Shown piece after piece: positions 1 to 5,885 of a stretch of 6,304 bases of DNA (the stretch's first letter is position 1; each line of letters opens with the position of its first letter). The notes under the pieces are model-generated. The model had not been told where the DNA came from and did no database searches. It worked only from the letters and a program-made list of their open reading frames with translations. The stretch lies in the IMG/VR virus record IMGVR_UViG_3300017469_000047, positions 1-6,304 of that record; one strand, written 5' to 3'. A program made the translations under genes and the position numbers.

Positions 1-23
1 CTTGGTGTGTGACCTTTTGCCAT
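1..23 (-). CDS. Rudivirus major capsid protein (SIRV2 gp26/ORF134-like), N-terminus only, truncated by window edge
   Basis: Reverse complement of 23..1 reads ATG GCA AAA GGT CAC ACA CCA AG = MAKGHTP(R), matching the recalled SIRV MCP start MAKGHTSR. Rudiviral context and an upstream TATA box support it. Only about 8 codons are visible. Confidence 0.85.
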
Positions 24-53
24 TTTTGGTCAAATACAATTATTATCTTCAAA

Positions 54-61
54 TATATAAA
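54..61 (-). promoter_or_regulatory. TATA box of capsid gene
   Basis: Minus-strand TTTATATA 31-38 nt upstream of the ATG at 23; no downstream GTC motif. Confidence 0.65.
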
Positions 62-72
62 AACTCACGTCT

Positions 73-153
73 TATACACAATATAACGTATATGCTATGT
101 TGCCATTGTTCTTCCTGTAGGAAATCAAGCCATATACATAATATAATGTATAT
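73..153. repeat. Two imperfect palindromic 21-bp direct repeats, 60-bp period
   Basis: 73-93 tatacacaatataacgtatat versus 133-153 tatacataatataatgtatat (19/21 identical). The second copy is a perfect dyad ATATACAT-N6-ATGTATAT (132-153). Confidence 0.75.
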
Positions 154-159
154 AGCATG

Positions 160-195
160 CCCTAATTGTTAACTAAATACCGATAATAATTAGGG
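160..195. repeat. 12-bp inverted repeat / hairpin
   Basis: ccctaattgtta (160-171) pairs with taataattaggg (184-195): 11 Watson-Crick pairs plus one G-U on the + strand, 12-nt loop. Confidence 0.7.
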
Positions 196-242
196 AAATT
201 GATAACTACTAATTAGACTATACGTTAACTAGAAATAAAACA

Positions 243-253
243 TTTAATTGTCA
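243..253 (+). promoter_or_regulatory. TATA-GTC rudiviral promoter
   Basis: TTTAATTGTCA, with the first T 29 nt upstream of ATG 272. Confidence 0.5.
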
Positions 254-271
254 TCCATGAATATGAAAACT

Positions 272-589
272 ATGGAAGATATAGTTATAATTGAATGTAG
301 AAAGTTCACCGACCAAGTATTGAATTGGTTAAACGCATTTTATCCAAGTAACATTTATTATTACCATGTAATGGATAACGATACTTCACTAACTTTAAAA
401 ATAAGATTAGTTATGGCACATAATTTATATATAAAAAGAGTAAATGGAATTATAAGTTACATCAAAAGAACTTTTAGATATTCGCCATATATAAGAGTAA
501 ATTACAGATATAACAGGCCTTTCTTTGATTTAACAATATTATGCGGCAAGGGCAATGAAGACTTTTATTCGTCAGAAGATGAAAGATAA
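272..589 (+). CDS. Hypothetical protein (~105 aa), positional equivalent of the small ORF between the dUTPase and MCP genes in SIRV
   Basis: Open frame 248..589. ATG 272 is preferred from TATA spacing (alternatives 257 and 263; TTG 248 lies inside the promoter). It ends 12 nt before the next gene, suggesting an operon. Confidence 0.75.
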   Translation: MEDIVIIECRKFTDQVLNWLNAFYPSNIYYYHVMDNDTSLTLKIRLVMAHNLYIKRVNGIISYIKRTFRYSPYIRVNYRYNRPFFDLTILCGKGNEDFYSSEDER

Positions 590-601
590 AATTGGGCAAA
601 T

Positions 602-1132
602 ATGATACTAAGCGATAGGGATTTAAAATATTATCTACAAAAAAATTGGATAAAAATAACACCATTTTCCACTGAAATAGTAAGAGAAAACGGCATAGAT
701 TTACGAATTGGCACACAATTTGCAAGATTAAATAAAACTGACAAAGTTTTTGAAATTGGTAAAAATCTTGCAGATTTCTATACTATTACACATGCTAACG
801 ATTTTATAGTTCTTCCACATGAACACGTTTTGATGACAACTATGGAATATATTGAATTACCAAATGATGTAATGGCTTTTGTTAATTTACGCTCAACTTT
901 CGCCAGATTGGGATTATTTATCCCTCCAACTATAGTAGACGCTGGATTTAAAGGGGAATTAACTATAGAAATTGTAGGTTCAGAATTTCCAATAATGCTA
1001 AAAAGTGGGCAAAGATTTCTGCATTTAATATTTGCAAAGACATTAACTCCAGTTGAAAACCCATATCACGGTAAATACCAAAATCAAGAAAATGTTACAT
1101 TACCAAAATTTGAAAACAAGAAAGAAAGTTAA
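602..1132 (+). CDS. dcd: dCTP deaminase / dUTPase family protein (trimeric dUTPase fold)
   Basis: Motifs [38 protein letters not shown] and PYHGKYQ are typical of Sulfolobales Dcd and the SIRV dUTPase. Confidence 0.95.
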   Translation: MILSDRDLKYYLQKNWIKITPFSTEIVRENGIDLRIGTQFARLNKTDKVFEIGKNLADFYTITHANDFIVLPHEHVLMTTMEYIELPNDVMAFVNLRSTFARLGLFIPPTIVDAGFKGELTIEIVGSEFPIMLKSGQRFLHLIFAKTLTPVENPYHGKYQNQENVTLPKFENKKES

Positions 1133-1166
1133 AAAAGAATTTTTTTATTTGGTCTAAAAACTTTTT
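1131..1166. terminator. Probable bidirectional T-rich terminator between convergent dcd and svtR
   Basis: AAAAAAGAATTTTTTT and AAAAACTTTTT give oligo-T tracts on both strands. Confidence 0.55.
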
Positions 1167-1174
1167 CGGGAATT

Positions 1175-1336
1175 CTATTTCGCTTCTCTCTTCTGTAGGT
1201 ATTCAATCACTGCCTCCCGTATAACCTCTGTTAGTGTTGTATCATGCTCTGCACAATACCTTTTTAGCCTTATTTTTAAATTCCTATCTATATTAATACC
1301 GAAAACTACCTTTTCACTTTTGGGCTTTTCCGCCAT
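1175..1336 (-). CDS. svtR: SvtR-like ribbon-helix-helix transcriptional repressor (53 aa; not in ORF track)
   Basis: Hand translation MAEKPKSEKVVFGINIDRNLKIRLKRYCAEHDTTLTEVIREAVIEYLQKREAK matches the recalled SIRV1 ORF56b pattern VFGI..D..LK.RLK.YCA....LT..I.EA..EYLQKR. Confidence 0.92.
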   Translation of the reverse strand: MAEKPKSEKVVFGINIDRNLKIRLKRYCAEHDTTLTEVIREAVIEYLQKREAK

Positions 1337-1359
1337 TTTTGCTCATTCTATAAATACAT

Positions 1360-1377
1360 ATTATGACATATTTATAT
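1360..1377 (-). promoter_or_regulatory. svtR TATA-GTC promoter
   Basis: Minus strand ATATAAATATGTCATAAT, identical to 3467-3484 on the + strand. Confidence 0.75.
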
Positions 1378-1417
1378 GTTGTGATTTTTTGGGAAAAGTC
1401 TATTGTTAAATAAGTAA

Positions 1418-1612
1418 CTAATGGTGAAAACAATGACTCCATAAATCTACAAATATTCCAGTTGAAACTACAATATCTGCAATTGCAATAAATTTGACTA
1501 GAGAAATGTTAGTTGTAAAATACAAAATTATATTAAGCAAAATAATTATAAGTAAACCGTATAAATCATGAGTTTTTCCTTTTTTAAAATAAGAAAACAT
1601 ATTACAACTCAT
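1418..1612 (-). CDS. Small membrane protein with two predicted TM helices
   Basis: Basic N-terminus followed by hydrophobic stretches LYGLLIIILLNIILYFTT and LVKFIAIADIVVSTGIFV. It starts 2 nt after the upstream stop (alternative ATG 1600). Confidence 0.7.
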   Translation of the reverse strand: MSCNMFSYFKKGKTHDLYGLLIIILLNIILYFTTNISLVKFIAIADIVVSTGIFVDLWSHCFHH

Positions 1613-1614
1613 TC

Positions 1615-2313
1615 TTAAATTCCTATATATTTAAATATCTTTTTCTTTAACCAAGTTGTCTTAATAAAATTTCTAGGATTAGCAAAAGGTATTTTATGGT
1701 CAACTGTATATTTTTCAACTTTTTGAAGATATATTGGAAATGGAGCATTTAATACTGGAATTCCTGTCTCTATGGTATAAAGTGCTATTTCTGTTGGATT
1801 ATATTCAACAAAATATTCATTTGTTTCTTCTGGAAAAGTCGGAAAAACCTGATAAAAATTAGGTAAATTATTTGGTTGAGAAAATCCACATTCTTCCAAA
1901 ATAAGTTTCTTTTTTGCAGGAACATAAAAAACTCCTGCATAATTTATATTATTCTTAGAATCCTGAACTAAACCAACTCTATATGGCGTATCATAGTGAT
2001 AATTCAAATGTCTATTACCACTAGTTATAAAATTAATAACTCCTAATGCTTTATACACCTCAGTATAAAAATTCAAAAAAGCATAAGGTCTTACCAGCGG
2101 AGTTCCTCTAACTAACACAAAATCATAATCAAATGAAGAATTATTGTAAATTATCCAATTTAAGCAACTAGAAATTGCATTAAAATTTTCATAAGTTACG
2201 CCATAATTTAATCCTTGCACTTCCCTAGATAGTTTAACAGATTCATCTTGGTCAATGTCTAAAACTGAAAATTTAGGTTCTGTTCTTAATTGCTCTAATA
2301 ATGACTTTTCCAT
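1615..2313 (-). CDS. Hypothetical protein (~232 aa), aromatic-rich and probably beta-rich
   Basis: Long ORF in AT-rich DNA. ATG 2313 (MEKSLL...) lies 31 nt below a TATA-GTC element; the track's TTG start at 2337 falls within that promoter. Confidence 0.85.
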   Translation of the reverse strand: MEKSLLEQLRTEPKFSVLDIDQDESVKLSREVQGLNYGVTYENFNAISSCLNWIIYNNSSFDYDFVLVRGTPLVRPYAFLNFYTEVYKALGVINFITSGNRHLNYHYDTPYRVGLVQDSKNNINYAGVFYVPAKKKLILEECGFSQPNNLPNFYQVFPTFPEETNEYFVEYNPTEIALYTIETGIPVLNAPFPIYLQKVEKYTVDHKIPFANPRNFIKTTWLKKKIFKYIGI

Positions 2314-2324
2314 GATACTAAAAA

Positions 2325-2344
2325 AGCAACTTGACAATAATAAA
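2325..2344 (-). promoter_or_regulatory. TATA-GTC promoter of ORF232
   Basis: Minus strand TTTATTATTGTCAAGTTGCT. Confidence 0.65.
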
Positions 2345-2430
2345 CTTATTACGAAAAATGAAAGTATTTATATGTTGCTATTTTTTGCAGAAGGCTTATT
2401 ACTGAGTTTCTTTCTAAAAATAAAATTGAA

Positions 2431-2718
2431 ATGACTATAACTACAGATGCTTTGGATGGATTTCTAGTAATAATGGGTGTACTAATAGCTAGTTATGTTG
2501 TTGGCGAAGTTGTACATCTTTTCAATCAGAAGCAAAATAATGAAACTTTCCAAAATGCAATAAACGAGATGACAAAAAGTACAATTTCAGCAGTTGAAAG
2601 CATAAAAGATACTACAACACTTGGAATTAATTCATTATTAAATATGGATACATTAAGAGATGTAAATTCGTTAGCACAGAAAAAAGTTGAACAAAGTCAA
2701 CAAACACAAACTAAGTAA
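2431..2718 (+). CDS. Virus-associated pyramid protein PVAP (SIRV2 P98/gp49, STIV C92 family), virion egress
   Basis: N-terminal TM segment (GFLVIMGVLIASYVVGEVVHL) plus KST..A.ESIKDTT..GIN.LLNMDTLRDVNSLA, near-identical to the recalled SIRV2 P98 sequence. Confidence 0.95.
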   Translation: MTITTDALDGFLVIMGVLIASYVVGEVVHLFNQKQNNETFQNAINEMTKSTISAVESIKDTTTLGINSLLNMDTLRDVNSLAQKKVEQSQQTQTK

Positions 2719-2719
2719 T

Positions 2720-3064
2720 TTATTTTTTAGACTTAGCCATATAAGCTAATACTTTTTTTATATCATTTTTTGTTTTTGGAACTAATTGGATATTTATATC
2801 TGCATGAGTAGGCATTTTCTCATGAACTTTAAAATAATCCAATTTCTTATTAGTAAAATATAAAATATGATAATGTAAACCATGTGTTTTAGCAGTATAT
2901 TCCTTAACACTGAAAATATGTGAATTTCTATCATGTCCATGAGCATAATTCTTAAATTTCTGAAAAATTGGCGTAACCGAATTATATCGATAATTTGCGG
3001 CAATTGTAATAAAATAAGTGTAAGTGTATAAAAAGTGAAAGCTGAAAAGTTTTTGGCAGTCCAT
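2720..3064 (-). CDS. rep: HUH Rep nicking/joining endonuclease (SIRV1 ORF119 / SIRV2 gp16-like)
   Basis: Motif 1 YFITI, HUH motif GLHYHILYF, catalytic Tyr in YMAK (YxxK); size and context fit. Confidence 0.92.
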   Translation of the reverse strand: MDCQKLFSFHFLYTYTYFITIAANYRYNSVTPIFQKFKNYAHGHDRNSHIFSVKEYTAKTHGLHYHILYFTNKKLDYFKVHEKMPTHADINIQLVPKTKNDIKKVLAYMAKSKK

Positions 3065-3081
3065 GTCATCAATTAAAAATC

Positions 3082-3095
3082 TGACATTTAAATGT
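3082..3095 (-). promoter_or_regulatory. rep promoter (TATA-GTC within a perfect 12-bp palindrome)
   Basis: ACATTTAAATGT (3084-3095) is palindromic; minus strand TTTAAATGTCA begins 28 nt above ATG 3064. Confidence 0.6.
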
Positions 3096-3106
3096 ATATG
3101 GCACGT

Positions 3107-3114
3107 TTATATAT
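3107..3114 (+). promoter_or_regulatory. TATA box of tandem-RHH gene
   Basis: TTTATATA 29 nt upstream of ATG 3136 (leaderless spacing). Confidence 0.65.
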
Positions 3115-3135
3115 TTGTTGTAGGCATGTAAAACC

Positions 3136-3408
3136 ATGAAACAACAAAGGAATAAGTATATACAAATACGTATACCTTCAAAGCAAAAAAATCTTTTTTA
3201 TGAAAAACAAGACTTAATAAAGCAAGAAATCGAAAAAATAATAAATCAGCAAAAACCATTCAAAAGAATTGAAACAACAGACCCTTATGACGGAACAGTA
3301 AGTATTCCGATCGATGAACTATATTACGAAAAGTTAGAGGAATTAGCTAAAAAATATAATATTAAAGTTGGAAGTATAATAAGGTCTATATTCTTCGAAC
3401 TAAGTTAA
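3136..3408 (+). CDS. Putative tandem ribbon-helix-helix DNA-binding protein
   Basis: Two alternating-hydrophobic strands (KYIQIRIP and TVSIPID), each followed by helices. The second unit, EKLEELAKKYNIKVGSIIRSIF, is a canonical CopG/RHH pattern. Confidence 0.75.
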   Translation: MKQQRNKYIQIRIPSKQKNLFYEKQDLIKQEIEKIINQQKPFKRIETTDPYDGTVSIPIDELYYEKLEELAKKYNIKVGSIIRSIFFELS

Positions 3409-3410
3409 AT

Positions 3411-3433
3411 ATTTTTTTGTAAAGCTTTTTTTT
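3411..3433 (+). terminator. Oligo-T terminator
   Basis: T7 and T8 tracts immediately after the stop at 3408. Confidence 0.6.
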
Positions 3434-3465
3434 CTGTCAATGTGGCAAATTAGCAACTTGACAAA

Positions 3466-3504
3466 TATATAAATATGTCATAATGCATATTATAAATTGG
3501 GGAG
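3466..3504 (+). promoter_or_regulatory. gp17 promoter (TATA-GTC) and Shine-Dalgarno
   Basis: TATATAAATATGTCATAAT, then GGGGAG at 3499-3504 before GTG 3510. Confidence 0.7.
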
Positions 3505-3509
3505 AAAAG

Positions 3510-3911
3510 GTGTCATCCCTTAAAGAAATATTAGACGAGTTGGGAAAACAGGTAAAACAGACAAATAAAATAGCCTCAAGGGTTTTAAAAATTAAAGGCA
3601 TAAAGCGAATTGTAGTGCAACTAAATGCAATACCTCAGGATGGAAAAGTAAGATATTCATTAACTATACACAGCCAAAATAATTTCAGAAAACAACTTGG
3701 AATAACTGCCAATGACTCAGAGGACTTAAAATTAATCAGTGAATTCTTAGCAAAATATGCAGATTTGCTAAATGAATACGTAAGATACACACCAAGAAAT
3801 AACAATAGAATTGAAGAAGAAGAGCTAAATATGGAAGAAAATGAAGAAAACGAAAAAGAAGAACAAAAACCAAAAAGGATGAGTAAAAGAAACGTGGAGG
3901 AAGAATTTTAA
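3510..3911 (+). CDS. ssDNA-binding protein (SIRV2 gp17/ORF131b-like)
   Basis: SLKEI.DELGKQ...IKGIKRIVVQLNA.PQDGK.RYSLTIHSQNNFRKQ and an acidic tail ending VEEEF, as recalled for gp17. GTG start chosen from the SD site and homolog length. Confidence 0.93.
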   Translation: MSSLKEILDELGKQVKQTNKIASRVLKIKGIKRIVVQLNAIPQDGKVRYSLTIHSQNNFRKQLGITANDSEDLKLISEFLAKYADLLNEYVRYTPRNNNRIEEEELNMEENEENEKEEQKPKRMSKRNVEEEF

Positions 3912-3925
3912 ATTGTCATAAGACA
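3906..3925 (+). promoter_or_regulatory. Internal TATA-GTC promoter for the ATPase gene
   Basis: TTTTAAATTGTCATAAGACA overlaps the gp17 stop; first T is 31 nt above GTG 3937; contains mini-dyad TGTC-ataa-GACA. Confidence 0.55.
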
Positions 3926-3936
3926 TTATTTTTTTT

Positions 3937-5244
3937 GTGGACAGTTCAGCCCAACTCTTGGATAAAGTTAAATCTCACTCTTTTTTTTATAATCCACGTG
4001 ATACTGAAAGAATTTTAAATATTATCTTAGGAGGGAAACAAATCGAAGAACAGAAAAAAAATGAAATTTTAAAGGCTTATAAAAGGGGAATTGACCACCA
4101 ATATTTTTCAGCAAATCTGCCATATTATGATGAAATAAAATTTATCTCGAAAATTACACAATTTAAAGTTAAAAACGATGAAATAATAGCAAGATTTCAA
4201 AATGGTTTTATCTCAAGTTTTGACCCTCACCAAATTGCAGATAATCCGGATGACTTTTATAATTTAATAAGTAGTTATATGTTTGTTAAAATCAAAAAAG
4301 GAGTTGGAAATTGGTATATATCGGATATCTATTCAATTGAACCACCAAATAATTACGAAATTGCAAAAGAGTTGTTTGAATTAGCGAATTCAGAAAAACA
4401 AACATGGGCTTTATTACTTCAAGCTTTTGGTTTTGACCCATTAAAAATGGAAGTAAGTGATATGTATTTAACTCTGCAAAGGCTATTTCCATTATTTAAA
4501 TCCCCAATTACAAAAAGACAAATAAATTACATTGAAATTTCCAACAGGGGAACTGGAAAAACTACAACTTTCATGATTTTACAAGAAGTATTTAACTTTA
4601 GATATTACACCGAGTCACCAACTTATGCAAATTTAATATATGATGCAAGAAATAATATGTATGGGGCTGTATTTTTGTCAAATGGATTGATTTTTGATGA
4701 AATACAAAATTGGAAAGAGGGATTTTCAGCAAAAGAATTAGGTTCAATTAACGCAACTTTATCAACTGGTTTAGAAAATTGTGTTTGGACTAGGGGGGCA
4801 GGAACAGAATCCAGGTCTTCTACTATACAAAAATGTATTCCAATTATTTACGCCGGAAATCCATATTCCCTAACAATAAACAGGTTAGCAATGCCCGACT
4901 TAGAAGACTATCTAGCAAACTATGAAATATTTACCCCTGCAATTTTGGACAGAATTCATATTATCCAAATAGCAGTTAAAAAGACCTATGAGAAAATTAT
5001 AAACGGAAGAGTATTATATCCATCAATTTTAAGGGCATTAGTTGAATTAATACAACAGAAAATAAATACTATAAATAATTATATAACATGTGATAATTTG
5101 GAATCAAGAAGACAAGAACAAAGCATAGATATCCAAATATTATTACAGGCTTTTGATATAGATTTACAATTTGGCAAAAAGACCAATGAGGAAATATGCA
5201 ATCAAATGATAAACTTTATGCGATATAGTAATTTAGGGGGATAA
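3937..5244 (+). CDS. AAA+ ssDNA-annealing ATPase (SIRV2 gp18/ORF436-like)
   Basis: Walker [10 protein letters not shown], Walker B LIFDE, sensor-1 YAGN, Arg finger AILDR; 435 aa, lying between gp17 and the nuclease. Confidence 0.93.
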   Translation: MDSSAQLLDKVKSHSFFYNPRDTERILNIILGGKQIEEQKKNEILKAYKRGIDHQYFSANLPYYDEIKFISKITQFKVKNDEIIARFQNGFISSFDPHQIADNPDDFYNLISSYMFVKIKKGVGNWYISDIYSIEPPNNYEIAKELFELANSEKQTWALLLQAFGFDPLKMEVSDMYLTLQRLFPLFKSPITKRQINYIEISNRGTGKTTTFMILQEVFNFRYYTESPTYANLIYDARNNMYGAVFLSNGLIFDEIQNWKEGFSAKELGSINATLSTGLENCVWTRGAGTESRSSTIQKCIPIIYAGNPYSLTINRLAMPDLEDYLANYEIFTPAILDRIHIIQIAVKKTYEKIINGRVLYPSILRALVELIQQKINTINNYITCDNLESRRQEQSIDIQILLQAFDIDLQFGKKTNEEICNQMINFMRYSNLGG

Positions 5245-5246
5245 AA

Positions 5247-5861
5247 ATGAATTATGAGGAATTTGTAAAACAGAGTTTTAAGATAAAATACGATGAAAAT
5301 ACAATATTCCCTAGTGAAATTGGAATATGCTTTAGAAAAAGCTATTTCAGTAGGAAATTTGAATTTGAAAAAGGAATTAATGAACTAGTTTTGGATTTAG
5401 GTGAACAACATCATGAAAGAATTGAAAATTACTTTGTTGAAAAATTAAATTGTAAAAGTGAAGTTGAAGTAAAGGGGGTGATTGAGGGTATTAACATATC
5501 AGGAAGAATAGATTTATTTTGCGGAAACGACTTAATTGAAATAAAGACAATCTCAAATAACTATTTCCAAATAAAAGACTACCATCTTTATCAAGTTGCA
5601 ATATATTATTATTTACTCCAACACCAAGATTACAAAATCGATAACATCTATATTATATACTTAAATAGAATAAATAGGGAAGTTAAACAATTTCTAATAG
5701 ATAGAAAAATAATGGATGAATATATACAAAAAGCAATTGACTGGATAAAGAAGTTTAAAGAATATATAAAGATGGAGGATTATAAAAATATACCGCCTGT
5801 AAATTCATATCTTTGTAAGAATTGTGAATTTAAAGGAAAATGTTACGGTAAACTATTATAA
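5247..5861 (+). CDS. cas4: Cas4-like RecB-family ssDNA nuclease (SIRV2 gp19/ORF207-like)
   Basis: GRID...IEIKT and QVAIY RecB motifs; Fe-S ligand pattern C28 plus C190/C193/C199; G-rich SD upstream, 2 nt after the ATPase stop. Confidence 0.95.
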   Translation: MNYEEFVKQSFKIKYDENTIFPSEIGICFRKSYFSRKFEFEKGINELVLDLGEQHHERIENYFVEKLNCKSEVEVKGVIEGINISGRIDLFCGNDLIEIKTISNNYFQIKDYHLYQVAIYYYLLQHQDYKIDNIYIIYLNRINREVKQFLIDRKIMDEYIQKAIDWIKKFKEYIKMEDYKNIPPVNSYLCKNCEFKGKCYGKLL

Positions 5862-5885
5862 ACTGGAAGACGAGAAATAAAAATG

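Noticed and set aside
72-158. 28-aa minus-strand micro-ORF MLYTLYYVYGLISYRKNNGNIAYTLYCV
   Set aside because: Its internal YTLY repeat simply reflects the DNA repeat; no clear promoter or SD.
73-231. Bona fide CRISPR mini-array, including GATAACTACTAATTAG at 201-216 that vaguely resembles a Sulfolobales repeat 5' end
   Set aside because: Only two repeat units, no third at +60, no ATTGAAAG terminus; the resemblance is weak in AT-rich DNA.
474-725. 83-aa minus-strand ORF from the track
   Set aside because: Antisense shadow across ORF105 and dcd, with no promoter or recognisable motif.
1615-2313. Direct call as AcrIIIB1 or AcrIII-1
   Set aside because: Only position and size are suggestive; I recognise no sequence similarity to either.
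2314-2337. Track TTG start of the 240-aa ORF
   Set aside because: Falls in the TATA-GTC promoter; ATG 2313 has the expected leaderless spacing.
2720-3064. IS200/IS605 TnpA transposase
   Set aside because: Shares the HUH-Y1 fold, but there is no tnpB or evident IS end, and size and context match the rudiviral Rep.
3483-3509. Track start of gp17 at ATG 3483
   Set aside because: Lies within the promoter, upstream of the predicted TSS; the SD and homolog N-terminus support GTG 3510.
3813-3866. GAA-rich tandem repeats (gaagaaaat gaagaaaac)
   Set aside because: Explained by the low-complexity acidic tail of the SSB.
4292-4492. 66-aa minus-strand ORF from the track
   Set aside because: Lies entirely antisense within the conserved ATPase gene.
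5247-5861. Cellular CRISPR-Cas adaptation locus
   Set aside because: No other cas genes or array; it is the conserved viral gp19.
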